Assembly: GCF_006345805.1 (NCBI RefSeq)
Contig: NC_043004.1
Span: 70,742,001 to 70,806,000, forward strand
Direction of reading: 5' to 3'
From: Octopus sinensis
Taxonomy: Eukaryota
DNA length: 64,000 nucleotides
Under the pieces are notes generated by a model. That model saw nothing but the letters and a program-made list of their open reading frames with translations, was not told the DNA's origin and did no database searches. Shown here one piece after another: positions 25,601 through 40,100 of this stretch (position 1 is the first letter of the stretch; each line of letters begins with the position of its first letter). The position numbers were made by a program, and so were the translations under genes.

Positions 25601-28600
25601 TGCCTGCCTTCCTACTTATTAGGACTTTGGTTTTAGCTAGGTTGATTCTAAGGCCCTTTGATTCTAATCCTTGTTTCCACACCTGAAACTTCTCTAGTTC
25701 TGATAGTGACTCAGCAATTAGAGCAAGGACATCAGCATAGAGGAGCTCCCAGGGGCATCCTGTCTTCAATTCCTCCGTTATTGCCTGGAGGACTATGATA
25801 AATAGGAGGGGGTTGAGTACTGAACCCTGGTGGACCCCAACCTCTACTTTGAATTCTTCTGTGTACATGTTGCCAACCCTAACCTTACTTACGGCATCCC
25901 TGTACATGGCTTGCACAGCTCTCACTAACCATTCATCTATACCTAGTTTCCTCATTGACCACCAGATAAGGGATCGGGGGACCCTGTCGAAGGCTTTCTC
26001 CATGTCAACAAAAACCAGGTACAGGGGCTTATCTTTGGCTAGGTATTTCTCCTGCAGCTGTCTCACCAGAAATATGGCATCAGTGGTGCTTTTCCCTGGC
26101 ATGAAACCAAACTGCATCTCATCCAAGCTGACTCTCTCCCTAATCAGTTGGGCTATGACCCTCTCCGTAACCTTCATTACCTGATCCAACAGCTTGATAC
26201 CTCTGTAATTATTTGTATCTAAAGCGTCACCTTTACCTATGTAGCAGTTGACTATTATGCTACTACACCAGTCATTGGGTATGACTCCTTCGTGTATCGC
26301 CTGGTTATCTATACGGGTGACTAGGATATAGCCGACACTGCCAGATATTTTGAGCATCTCTGCAGTAATTCCTGCCTGGGGCTTTCCCTGTCTTCATACT
26401 TCTAATTGCTTTATCTACCAAGGTACTCTCAACTCGGATAGCTGGTCCCTCTGTTGGGTCGACATTCGGCAGACTCTCTTTCTCCCATTCATTTTCTTTA
26501 TTCAGCAACCTTTCATAATGGCATCTCCAAACCTCTCTCTTTGCATCCTCATTCAGCGCAAGTGAACCATCATCCATGCGAACACATTTCTCTCCTAGGT
26601 TGCTCAATATGGAGTGACTTAGAACTAAGCAACAACTAAAACGTACCACAAAAAATAGCATTCATAAAGAAAGAAATTATAGAACAAAACAACAACAAAA
26701 ATCTACTGACCAATTTTTGAGTCCAGTTCGATTAACAAACAATATTCTATAACGGTACTGTTATCTGGATCAGAATCTTTCAGTTGAGATATTTCTGACA
26801 TGAGAAATTCTTGATCTCCATTCTAGAAAAAACAAAAGTAATAACAATTTAGAAACATTCAGGGATCAAATGTAATGAATAAAATGTACAGGTATTAGGA
26901 ATAACATATTCCTACACTCACGGAGTGGTTGGCGTTAGGAAGGGCATCCAGCTGTAGAAACATTGCCAGATTAGACTGGAGCCTGGTGCAGCCTTCTGGC
27001 TTCCCAGAACCCCGGTCGAACCGTCCAACCCATGCTAGCATGGAGAACGGACGTTAAACGACGATGATGATGATGATGATATAAAACTTACAGGTGTCAA
27101 ATAAGGATAAAACATAGAGGTATCAAAGAGTAATGGATTAACTATACAGGTGTCAGGTATAATGGATAACACATACAAATATCTGACACGCCATTAGTTA
27201 TGATAATGTGTGTCACAGTTGATCCAATCAACAGAACAGCTTGCTTGTGAAATCAACCTGTGTGCAAGTGGCTGAGTACTCCAGACATGTGTAAACCCTC
27301 AATGTAGTTCTCAGGGAGATTCAGCATGACACAGAATGTGACATGGCTGGCCCTTTGAAATACAGGTGCAACTCATTTGTGCCAGCTGAGTGGACTGGAG
27401 CAACATGAAATAAAGTGTCTCGCTCAAGGACACAACACACCACCAGGAATTGAACTCCCCACCTTACAATTTTGAGCCAAATATTCTAACCACTAAGCCA
27501 TGCGCATTTGCTACAGATATCAGGGGCAATAAATAATAAATACAGGTGTCAGGGGTAATGAATAAAGCATACAGGTACCAGGGATAATGGATAACACATA
27601 CAGGTGTTAGGGATAATGTATAAATGTATCAAACATACAGGTGTCAGGGTAACAAATACAAAATGTAGGTGTCAAAGAAATACAGGTGTAATGAATAAGT
27701 ATATAGGTGTCAGGGATAATGGATAATACATACAGGTGTTAGGAAAAATGGATAACACATACAGGTATCAGGGTAACAAATATAAAATATAGGTGTAATT
27801 AATAAACATACAGGTATCAAAGGTATGAGCTAAAACATATATTTGTCAGTGGGCAACAGATAAAACATAAAGGTATCAGGAGGTAATATATAAAATATAC
27901 AAAGTCGATGAGCTGGCAGAATTGTTAGCACACTTTGCTGAATGATTAATGACATTTTGTTCGTGTTTACATTCTAAGTTCAAATTCTGCTAAGGTCATC
28001 CTTTTAAAGACGACAAAAGAAGTACTAATTGAGTACTTGGGTTGAGGTAATTGACTTAATTCCACCCCCTGAAATTGCCGGCCTTGAGCCAAAATTTGAA
28101 ACCAATATATAAAACATACAGGTGTCAAGCATATGTAAAATATGCAGATATCAGAGGTAAGGGATATAATGAAGTAGGAAACTCAAAGAACACAAGAGAC
28201 TTGGTTTTAACTGGAAACCAAACCAAGAACAATGTTCTGAAATGTGATCCACAACCTCGGTCAACAATTTATATCTTAGCACCATTTTCCTTTCTATGTC
28301 AGGTCAATAAAATGACCGTTAGTGACTTTTTTTGACTAGTGCTATGTGTTTGTTATGAAATTTCTATTGGAGAATACAAAGTTTATCTTCTGCTACCATC
28401 CTTTGGGTCTTTTTTACTAGACATACCAGATACTGACAAGTCAACCCTACACCTACTTGGGTACTCTGGATGAAAAAAAAAAAAAACAAATAGCAGATAG
28501 CATTTAGTTCAACATTAACAATTCCACCGAGCCACAGCCCTGAATTGTTACAGGTGTTTCTGGTTTACGGCACTCTTTTACTCTTTTACTTGTTTCAGTC

Positions 28601-31099
28601 ATTTGACTGCGGCCATGCTGGAGCACCACCTTTAGTCGAGCAAATCGACCCTGGAACTTATTCTTTGTAAGCCCAGTACTTATTCTATCGGTCTCTTTTG
28701 CCGAACCGCTACGTGACGGGGACGTAAACACACCAGCATCGGTTGTCAAGCAATGCTAGGGGGACAAACACAGACACACAAACATATACATACACACACA
28801 TTTATATATATATACATATATACAACAGGCTTCTTTCAGTTTCCATCTACCAAATAGACTCACAAGGCATTGGTCGGCCCGGGGCTATAGCAGAAGACAC
28901 TTGCCCAAGATGCCATGCAGTGGGACTGAACCCGGAACCATGTGGTTGGTTAGCAAGCTACTTACCACACAGCCACTCCTGTTTACAATTAACTTTAAAA
29001 AAAATAGGTGCAAGAGTGATTGTGTGGTAAGTAGCTTGCTTACCAATCACATGGTTCCAGGTTCAGTCCCACTGTGTGGCAACTTGGGCAAATGTCTTCT
29101 ACTATAGCCTCGACCTGACCAAAGCCTTGTGAATGGATTTGTTAGATGGAAACTGAAAGAAGCCCGTCGTATACATGTATATGTATATATATATGTGCAT
29201 GTGTTTGTTGTTTGTGTGTTTGTCCCACCCATGCAAGGGAGACTATTGGTTTAGTTATGTTATGCATATGGATGAAGACAGCTGCATAAAGAAGTGCTGA
29301 GCTCTAACTGTGGAGGGTACCTGTGGAAAGGATTGACCCAGGAAGATATGGGATGAAGTGGTGAGAAAGGATCTTCAGACACAGGGCCTCACCGAGAAAA
29401 TGACAAGGGACCAGGAGTTGTGGCAATTTGCTGTGCTTGAGAAGATGTTTCAATCTATGTAAAATCACTGTCACCCATATATACAAGCTCGTACTTTACA
29501 GGTGGTGATGCCACATAAAATGCACTTGTGCCGGTGCTGCGTAAATGCACCTGTGCTAGTGGCATGTAAAAAACACCTAGCACACTCTGTAAAGTGGTTG
29601 GGGTTAAGAAGGACATCTAGCCATAGAAACCATGCCACAACAGACAATTGGAGTCTGGGCAGCCCCTTGGCTGGCCAACTCCTATCAAACCATCCAACCT
29701 ATGCCAGCATGGAAAATGGATGTTAAATGATGATAATGATGATGATGATGATGTGCAATTATGTGTATGTGCATTCACACATACACATAATAAACTTCCA
29801 CAAGTCATCTGTTGACCCATGGCTATGATAGAAGACACTTGCTCAAGATGCTGTGCATAGGACTAAATCCAAAATTATGCAATTGCAAAGTGAATTCTTA
29901 ACCACACAGCTAAACTGCCATCTATTGATCCTTAAAGGATGAAAGATAATGTTGACCTTCAGGGGATTTGAACTCAGAATGTAAACACCCAGAGCAAAAG
30001 AATTTTTGTCCAATGCTTCACTGGTTCGGTCAATTTGCCATTTTCTAACCATTTTCTTACCATTGCAGAAGACAGTTGTCTATAGTACCAAACAGCAGGT
30101 TTGAACCTGAAGCCATGAAGTTGTGAAGCAAACTTCTTTATCTCGTGACCATGTCAGCATTCGCTTTTTTTTTGGTCCTAAACAAGGCAAGAACTCACTT
30201 AGAGAAAAGGACTATGAAGAAAGAGAAATTAAGACAAAAGGAATGAATTTACTTTAGACTTGAAAGAGTTCTGGTCATGTGAAGGAGGAAAACAATGAGA
30301 TGGAAGACAGTTCCAAAGTCTGGCAGTTCAAAAAAAGCTACAACCATAGAAGGACTTCCTTATTTGTGGAAGCACGACAGCATTAGGATGAAGATGCTGT
30401 GAGTTTTGAGTCAGACAAGATGGTACAAAGTGATCTGGAACTACGAAAGTTCATCAGAGCACTACCTGATGAAAAGACTAAAACTGGTGGCATCACATCA
30501 ACGTGACAAGGGTTGCAGAGTTGAAGCACAAGACGGGGTCAATCAAATTAGAGACTCGCTTCTGAACCCAGTCAAGGAGATCCAAGTGACATTTATTAGA
30601 CTAACTAGTTAGTCTTTTATTTTTGGACTTTATTAGACTTTCACACTTACCTTTAATAAACTGAATATATAATTAGCTGCCAGCCATTTCTTGTCGTCAG
30701 CAGGTAAGTCCTTGTTATCCAGTGCTTTGCGATAGTTGGAAATAAGCTTGGAAATAAGCAAAGCAAAAAATCTTTATTGAAGAATTTTAAGATAAAAATT
30801 AAAGGAAAGATAATGGTTCAAAGCAGTCCCCATATTAAGAAATCTAAGTAATAATTCTGTCTTCTTAAAAATGGTGTGTCACCTTTTAGATACTCTTACT
30901 CTTTTACTTGTTTCAGTCATTTGACTGCGGCCATGCTGGAGCACCGCCTTTAGTCGAGCTAATCGACCCCGGGACTTATTCTTTGTAAGCCCAGTACTTA
31001 TTCTATCGGTCTCTTTTGCCGAACCGCTAAGTGGCGGAGACGTAAACACACCAGCATCGGTTGTCAAGCAATGCTAGGGGGACAAACACAGACACACAA

Positions 31100-31135
<36 letters not shown>

Positions 31136-34100
31136 ATATATATACGACAGGCTTCTTTCAGTTTCTGTCAACCAAATCCACTCACAAGGCATTGGTCGGC
31201 CCGGGGTTATAGCAGAAGACACTTGCCCAAGATGCCACGCAGTGGGACTGAACCCGGAACCATGTGGTTGGTTAGCAAGCTACTTACCACACAGCCACTC
31301 CTGTGTGTGTATTATAGTTTCTATATAAAAGTCCTTGTTCTTTTTTAGCTCCAAGTCAGTCCTGATCTACTAGACCTGTTATGACCACCCCATTTGTTTT
31401 TTGTTTTTTACACAGTGTTAAGAGGGCATCCAGCCATAGAAACCATGCCAAAGCAGACAATGGAGCTTTGTGCAGCCCTCTGGCTCACCAGCTCCTCTTG
31501 AACCATCCAACCCATGCCAGCATGGAAAACAGATGATAAATTATGATAATGATGAGTGTATGTAGAACGGTGGCTCCCAATCAGAAAGGGCAATGGTGAA
31601 GGTTCCTTAAAGTCGAGTGCAAAACCTTAACAAGTGCATATTTCTCTGATAGTTTAATCATATTTTGAACTGTCTTCACAAATCAATGTTTTTATTATTC
31701 TGCTGAGCAAATATTTTTAGAGATATCTGTAAACTACTGCTTGAATTTTAAAATGATTTCCTTGAGAATAAGTGAAAATGCTTAGGCCACGTCTCACTCA
31801 GTAGTATCATGTGGCAAAAATTAACCCATCATAATCTCTTAGAGAAATAATATATTTACTTATGTATTACCTGCACTTGTGAATAATGCACACCTGTAAT
31901 TAGGGGTAATGAAATTTTGGAAAATATTTTCCCTGCACTGTTCCCTTTAAGCTACAAACAATTAGAGACAACATTGCTCTTATGTATGACACACAATGAA
32001 TGACTTCTGACTTTTCTTCAGAATTACAATGTATAAAAATTGATGTACCTAGTCAGATTTATTATAATTGCTGTATAAAATACATCTTTATAACCTAAGC
32101 TAAGCAAAAAGCAAATTTGAAAGTGACCTTTGAAATTTACATGTTTAGACTATAAAATCAGCATTGTGGTAATTATACAATCATATTTTTTTCAAGTAAA
32201 AAAAGTGTCTATTGTACAAAAATAAATATTGTAAGTTGTTCTGGTCTACTTCCTCATCGTTTTGAAAATAAAATTTAGGACTGAGCCATATCAGCTGACC
32301 GTGAGATTATTGATGAAAATAAACCAGAATCAACAAGAAAGTACTTTGATTAAATAAGAGAGAAATGCTTTCATGGGAACCAAGATACTCACAACATTTC
32401 CATATTGTTCAGATATCTCTTTATGTTTGTTGAGAAGTTGTGACATGTCTTGGAGTAGTTTGACACTCTCGGTAGAAGACTCACCAGACAAACACACAAG
32501 TTTCTGATAGACAGGAACAGCCTGTAAGAATATGAAGAAGAATACAATGAAGAGTTTTTATCTTTTATCTTTCACTTGTTTCAGTCATTAGACTGTGGCC
32601 ATTCTGGGGCACTACCTTGAAGAATTTTTTTTTTGTTAAATGAATCGACCCCAGTTGATTCATTTTATTAAGTCTGGTACTTATTCTTTCGGTCTCATTT
32701 GCCAAACTGCTAAGTTACGGGGACATAAACACACCAACACCAGTTGTCAAGCAGAGGTAGGGGGACAAACAGACATAAACACACACGCACACACACACAT
32801 ACATATATACATGTGTGTGTGTGTGTGTACGATGAGCTTCTTCCTGTTTCCATCAACCAAGTTCACTCACAAGACTTTGGTCAGCCCGAGGCTATAGTAG
32901 AAGACACTTGCCCAATGCACCGTGCAGTGGGACTGAACCCAGAAGCACATAGTTTGGAAGCAAGCTTCTTACCACGTAGCCTGTTACATAAATAAAAGTT
33001 CCAGAATAATCTTTTCTACTATAGGCACAAGGCCTGAAATTTTATAGAAAGGGGTCAGTCGATTACAGTGTTCAAACAGGTACTTATTTTATCAACCCTA
33101 AAAGGATGAAAGGCAAAGTTGACCTCAGTGGATTTTGAACTCAGGACATAAAGACAGATGAAAATTCAGCAAAACACTCTGCTCACCAGGCTAACAATTC
33201 TGCCCGTCTGCTGCCACCCTGATGTTCCAGAATAATGAAGAATAAAGTCTTTGTTTTTAATTACTATTTAACAAATTGATGGTAGTGGTAATTGGAATGG
33301 TGATGGTGGTGGTGGTGATGATGATGGGAATGGCTGTGAGCATCATAGCAATGGTAACGGTGACAATTACTGTGATCATCATCATCATCATCATTATCGT
33401 TTAACATCCGCTTTCCATGCTAGCATGGGCTGGACGATTTGACTGAGGTCTGGCGAACCAGATGGCTGCACCAGACTCCAATCTGATCTGGCAGACTTTC
33501 TACTGTTGAGTGGTGACAATGGTAGAGATGGTTGTGGTCAGCGGTGATTGTGATAAGTAAGATATTGGTTGTGATGATGGTAATCATCATCATCATCGTT
33601 TAGCGTCCGCTTTCCATGCTGGCATGGGTTGGACAGTGCAACTGGGGTCTGGGAAGCCAGAAGGCTGCACCAGGCCCAGTCTGATCTGGCAATGTTTCTA
33701 CGGCTGGATGCCCTTCCTAACGCCAACCACTCCATGAGTGTAGTGGGTGCTTTTTACGTGCCACCTGCACAGGTGCCAGACAAGTCTGGCAAACAGCCAC
33801 GGTCGGATGGTGCTTTTTACGTGCCATCAGCACGGAAGCCAGTCAGGGCGGCACTGGCAACGGCCACATTTGGATGGTTCTCTTATGTGCCACCAGCACT
33901 GATATCACAGCGACAATTTCCATTCATGTTGATCGATTTTGATTTTTGATTTTTGATTTTTTATTTTTTGATGGTGATGATAATTGTATTAATAATGGTA
34001 GTGACAATCGAAGGGGTTAGAATAATGCTTGTGATAACTACAATAACAGTGATGTTGGTGGTGGCTGGGATAACTAAACTTGTAGTGGTGGTGATGGTGT

Positions 34101-37100
34101 GAATGGTAGCGGTGGTTGTAACTGATGGTGGTGGCAATGGTGAGTGGTTGTATTAGAGGTAATTGAGACAGTGGTGGTGGTGGTTGTGATAACAGAAATG
34201 ATGGTGGTAGCAGATATAGTGTTATTGATGATAGCAGTGGCTGTGATAACTGATAATGTTGGTGACAGTTGTGGTGATGATGAGAGCAGTGAAAATGGTG
34301 GTTGTGATCACTCTGACGATGATGATGATGATGATGACAACAAAGACAACGGTGATGGTGATGACAATTTTGACGATAGTATTATCGCAACCACTGCTAT
34401 TACTGATGATGATGATGATGATGATGATGGTAATAGTATCAACGATGTCTTATAAGACAAGAGAGCCTTTAGCGAAACCCGCCAACTCACCTTCTCAACA
34501 AATCCAAGCTCAGAACAGAGAGAAACATATTTCTTCAAGACTTCCAACTGTTTGTCTTTCTCACTAAAACAATAAAACAAAAGTCCATATAACAACAACA
34601 ACAACAACAACAATAGTAATAATATGATAATTGTAATTACACTCTTGGAGTGGTTGGCATTAGGAAGGGCAGCCAGCTGTAGAAACGATGCCAAAGCAGA
34701 CTGGAACGTGGGGCAGCCCCCTCAGCTTGCCAGCCCTGGTCAAACCGTCCAACCATGCCAGCCAGCAAGGGCAATGGATGTTAAATGATGAAGGTGAATT
34801 ACAGGAAGAAACTATAAGTGCAGGTATGGTTGTGTGGTTAAGAAGTCCACTTTGCAACCACAGGGTTTCAGGTTCAATACCACTGTGTGGCACCTTGGGC
34901 AAGTGTCATCTTCTATAGCCTTTTGAGTGAATTTGGTAGATCGAAACTGTGTGGAAGCCTGTCACAGGTGTGTATGTGTGAGTGTGTGGTGTATATATGT
35001 GTGCCTGTAGTGTGTGTGTGTGTGTGTGTGCACGCACTTTTGTACCTGTGTTAGACACCTACTGCTTGAGAACAAGTGTTGGTTTGTTTATGTCTCTGTA
35101 ACTTGGCAAAAGGGACTTAGAGAATAAGCAACAGACTTGAAATATAAGCACTGGAATCAGTCAATCTGACTAAGACACTTGAAGGCAGTGCTCCAGCAAG
35201 GTCGCAGTCTACTGATTGAAACAAGTCAAATATAAAAGATTGAGATGGTTTGAGTTGTTGCTGTTTAGGTTGCTATTTAGCCCCAAGACAACACCAATCA
35301 AGCAGACCTATGATCAAAGACACTCCAGTTGTGATCACCCCATCTTCTTAAGGGCATTTAAAACTACCCTAACAAATCTCTTTTTCCTTTAAATAAAACA
35401 GTAACATGATAGTTGAGGGTGACTTGACTGTTATTTCTTGAAGATCAAGGAACCATAGAGAGGCTCTGTTGCTTGTTGGTTACATGCTTCAAATCGATGT
35501 TGTTGTTTAGCCTCTGGTCAACCCTGATTGAGCAAAGGTATGATCAAAAAGCATTCTAGTAGTGGTCATCCGAACTTTTTCCTACGTACAGTAGCATAAC
35601 AAGGGTGTGTGCCACATGAGGTAACCCTTCAATCTGCTACCCCGACCCTACTCACCACCATACAGACTTCTACAGAAGACCCAAATGTGCTGCCCCCATA
35701 AAAGTACCTCAGAGTGAAACACCTTCATCATGTCCTCCCAGCCTTGCCACTTATCTAACATGTCCTTTCCTAAGATGGTAGGGTGCAATTTGAGGAACAT
35801 TAAGCATTTAGCATTAACTGTTTCATGTGACGACTGGACTCCAAGAGATCATTATTTTAACAGAAAGTACAAAACAATAGACCTCAGCCCTTTCTGCTGC
35901 AGCCAGCAAGCAAAATGAAAATTATGGGGTCACTTGACATGTTAGATACAACAGTAAAATCTCTCTCAAATCACACTCTAAAATCTTACAAAAATGAACG
36001 TTATATCATCATTATAATTTAATGCCTTTTTGTATGGGTCAGATGGAATCTGTGGAGGCAGATTTTCTTTAGCTAAAAGCTCGTCCTGTCACCAATACCC
36101 ATCTGTGTCCAAGCAAAGTAATACTTTTCCCCTTTGTCAGACGTTCTTGCAGAATGCAGTAAAGAATAGAGTAATAGGTGTATACGCATATTTCATAAGG
36201 GGTGGGTGTAGTGCTGATGAAAGGGCAATAACTCTTGAAATGTGCATATACGTATGTCTATTTGTATGAAAGACTGAACGTTGGAAAAGAACACATACCT
36301 TTCATACAAGACCTGAAGTTTTTCGTAAATAGGGATCAGTTCAGTCTTGTTGTTGGATGAAGAGTTCTTCTCATAGAAACTACACAGACCCTGTAAAAGA
36401 TATAACAACAGCAAAAAATTTGAAATCTCAACATTTATATTGGAACATTGTTCAACATTTCATAGAAATGGTAAGAAATATTTGAATTTCAGTCAACCAT
36501 TCTCTAACCCTTTTGTATTTCAGATTATTCTGTCAAATGTAACACACTTTAACTCTTTTATTTGTTTCAGTCATTTTGACTGCGGCCATGCTGGAGCACC
36601 GCCTTTAGTCGAGCAAATCAACCCCAGTACTTATTCTATTGATCTCTTTTGCTGAACCCCTAAGTTACAGGGACGTAAACAAACCAGCATCGGTTGCCAA
36701 GCGATGTTGGGGACACACACACACACACACAAACATATACACACACATGCATATATATATATATATATATATGTATACACAACGGGCTTCTTTCAGTTTC
36801 CGTCTACCAAATCCACTCGCAAAGCTTTGGTCGGCCTGAGGCTATAGTAAAAGACACTTGCCCAAGGTGCCACGCAGTGGGACTGAACTTGGAACCATGT
36901 GGTTGGTAAGCAAGCTACTTACCACACAGCCACTCCTGCGCCTATAGTTTTGAATTAATCGTATGTTATATCATAGCTTTGAGATTTCAATAAGGTTTTA
37001 TATTTTCAGAATGACCTTATAAGCTATGTGTAAGAGGCTAGATCTGGCCAGTTTGAACATAAAACAGAATATTTTGGCCAGATATGGACGGTTCAAAATG

Positions 37101-40100
37101 CTAAAGAGCAAAACCAGTCATGGGCTAACTCAAATTTTTTTAATAGTGAGGCTAGCCTTGAAAATGAGCCATGTCTCATGCAACCTGCTTCTTGAAAAAG
37201 GTCCTTATTTGCTTAGAGTAACTCTATTTTCCTCCCCTCTATCTATCTATCTAATGTATACATCAAACTGTCATTCTTTCTCTCTCACTGTCACTCCTCC
37301 TCTCTTGCCATCCACACTCTCCCTCTCACTCACTAACTCTGCCATGCACACACACACACACTTTCTCGCTTTCTCTAACTCAATGTCATGCTCATAAATT
37401 CACACTCTTTCTCCCTCTTTCAATGAATCACATTTTCCTCTCTCACTAACTCACAAATAAATGAGCCAAGAGAGAGCCTCCACACAATTACTTTCTGAGT
37501 TCAAATTCCACCAAGGTCAACTCTCCCTTTCATCTTTCCAGGGTCAAAAAAACAAAGTACAAGTTCCAGGGTAGTAGATTGCTGGAATTGTCACAGCATC
37601 AATGGGATGTCTTGTAGTATTTGTTCCTGCTCTTTGCATTCTGGGTTCAAATCCTGCCGTGACCCAGTCAAGTGGTACACTTAATCTATTGTCCAGTTTC
37701 AGTGATTCCCAACCAGGGTCCACACGGCCTTTCAGGTTGTCCATAGAAGACTCTGCTGTGAAAATTCGTGGAGTTAACTGCTTATAATTCTACAATACAC
37801 AAAATATCTTTTATCTTTTACTTGTTTCAGTCATTTGACTGAGGCCATGCTGGGGCACTGCCTTGAAGGGTTTTTGTCAAACAAATCAACACCCAGGACT
37901 TGTTTTTTTTTAAGCCCAGTACTTATTCTATCAGTATCTTTTGCTGAACTGCCAAGTTACAGGGACATAAAGACACCAACACAAGTTGTCGAGTGATGGT
38001 GGAGGATAAACACAGACAGAAAGACACATACATGCACAGACATGTGTATGTGTGTGTGTGTGTGTGTGTGAGGCTTCTTTCAGTTTCCATCTACCAAATC
38101 CACTCACAAGGCTTTGGTCAACCCAGGGCTATAGTAGAAAGTACTTGCCCAAGGTGCAATGCAGTGGGACTGAACCCAGAACCACATGGTTGGGAAGCAA
38201 GCTTCCAACCACACAACCACTCTTGCACCCAATATATAAATTTTTAAGTACAATTCTTAATAAGAGCACAAACCTCCACCAAGGCAACACCAACGTCCTC
38301 TCAACCATTAGCCAGAGATGATTTTTAAAATGAGAATATCTGAAATAAGCTCGACTGTTCTCACAAACGAGAATACTAAAAATGAACCTGACTGCTCTCA
38401 AAAATGAAGTAAAAAAAATGGAAAAATAATCCAGAACCCTTGTCTGGTACCAGATCGATCCCAAAATCTAATCAGTTTGTGCCAGTCACGTGGTCAAACA
38501 TCCCTGAAAGATTCATTCAAATCCATCCACCAGTTCAAATACAACTGAAAACAATACCTCCACCTTTGCTAAGGTGGAAGTAATAATAATTATAAAAACA
38601 CAATAGGATTTTTTTTTGGATACAATAATCCCTAAACTATCACGGATGTTACATTCCAAAACCTCCCACAGAAATAATTAAAATCTAAAAAATACAAATA
38701 CCTATCAGCCTCAGAAACCCATGATATAAATTCCCAATTATTGGCCAGAAAAGTCCACAATGTATTGAGTGCACGACAGGTAAACCGCGATATGGCAAGG
38801 GATTACTGAACAGTGGTTGCCAGTACTGCCTGATTGGCCCTCGTGCCGGTGGCACATAAAAGCACTCACTACACTCTTGGAGTGGTTGGCGTTAGGAAGG
38901 GCATCCAGCTTCAGAAACTCTGCCAGATCAGATAGGAGCCTGGTGCAGCCATGTGGCTCGCCAATCCCCAGTCAAACTGTCTAACCCATGCCAGCATGGA
39001 AAGCGGACGTTAAACGATGATGATGATGACGACGATGATGATGATGATGAAGGGCTATGGAGGTCCAGTAGAGTGAAAAAAAAACCAAAGGGGTTCACAG
39101 GCACAAAATGGTTGAGAACCACTGAGTTGAACATCAATCACCACCAGGTATGATAGGCTCAGATCAACTAAAGCCTTGTGAGTGGCTATAGTACACAGGA
39201 ACTGAAAGAAACCCATCATATATATATGTGTCTGTGTTTGTCCTCCCGCCATTGTTTGACAACCGGTGTTGGTGTGTTTACATCCCCTTAACTAAGCAGT
39301 TCAGCAAAATAGACTGACAGAATGAGTACTAGGCTTACAAAGAATAAGTCCTGGGATTGATTTCTTCAACTACAAAACAACCCTTTAAGGCGGTGCTCCA
39401 ACAGGGCTGAAGTCAAATGACTGAAACAAGTAAAAGAATAGAAGAATATATGTGTTTAGATATAATCCCTTAGATTATGTTACTGTATTTCTTTTGGGTT
39501 TCAAATACTGTTACAAAAACATTCTGAGACACTACCTGCCAAGCTAGGACTTGATCTGGATTAATTTCAATGGCTTGTTTATAAAATGATATGGCTTCAT
39601 CTCTGTGTTTTGTTTCAACGTTGGCCACCGCTCTGAAAACCAAGGCATTGTAGTTCTTCTCATCAAAATCAAGGATGACCTAGAAAAACAATACAAAAGA
39701 AAAAGATTTAGATAATAATAACAATAAAAAGGATTGTCCATTGGACACTTTGCAACAAGTATGAACTTGACAGAGCAAAAATGTGGTAGAAACATAAACC
39801 CAAAGGCATCATCAGAAATGATAATGCGAAGATCAAGATCGTATGGGAGTTTATGACTTAGTGCGAACATGAGATAGAGAATAGGAAGCCAGACATAGTG
39901 TTAATTGAGAAAGAGTATTTGGCCCTCTTCTATTAACCAGTCTGGGATGGAGGAGTAGCAGTTTTTCATTCATTTTGGCAATTTCATGGCAATATGTTTC
40001 TGCAGTAATGGTTTTTCCAGTTTTTAAGAGGTTATAGTGGATGAGTCCAGCAGTATCCCAAACAATCACCATAACCTCTTTTTTGAAGAGCTCGGGTTTA

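Noticed and set aside
34000-34440. Asp/Met-rich ORFs 34144-34567
   Set aside because: Cryptic (GAT/GGT)n simple sequence; the true exon 4 is 34491-34563 on the minus strand.
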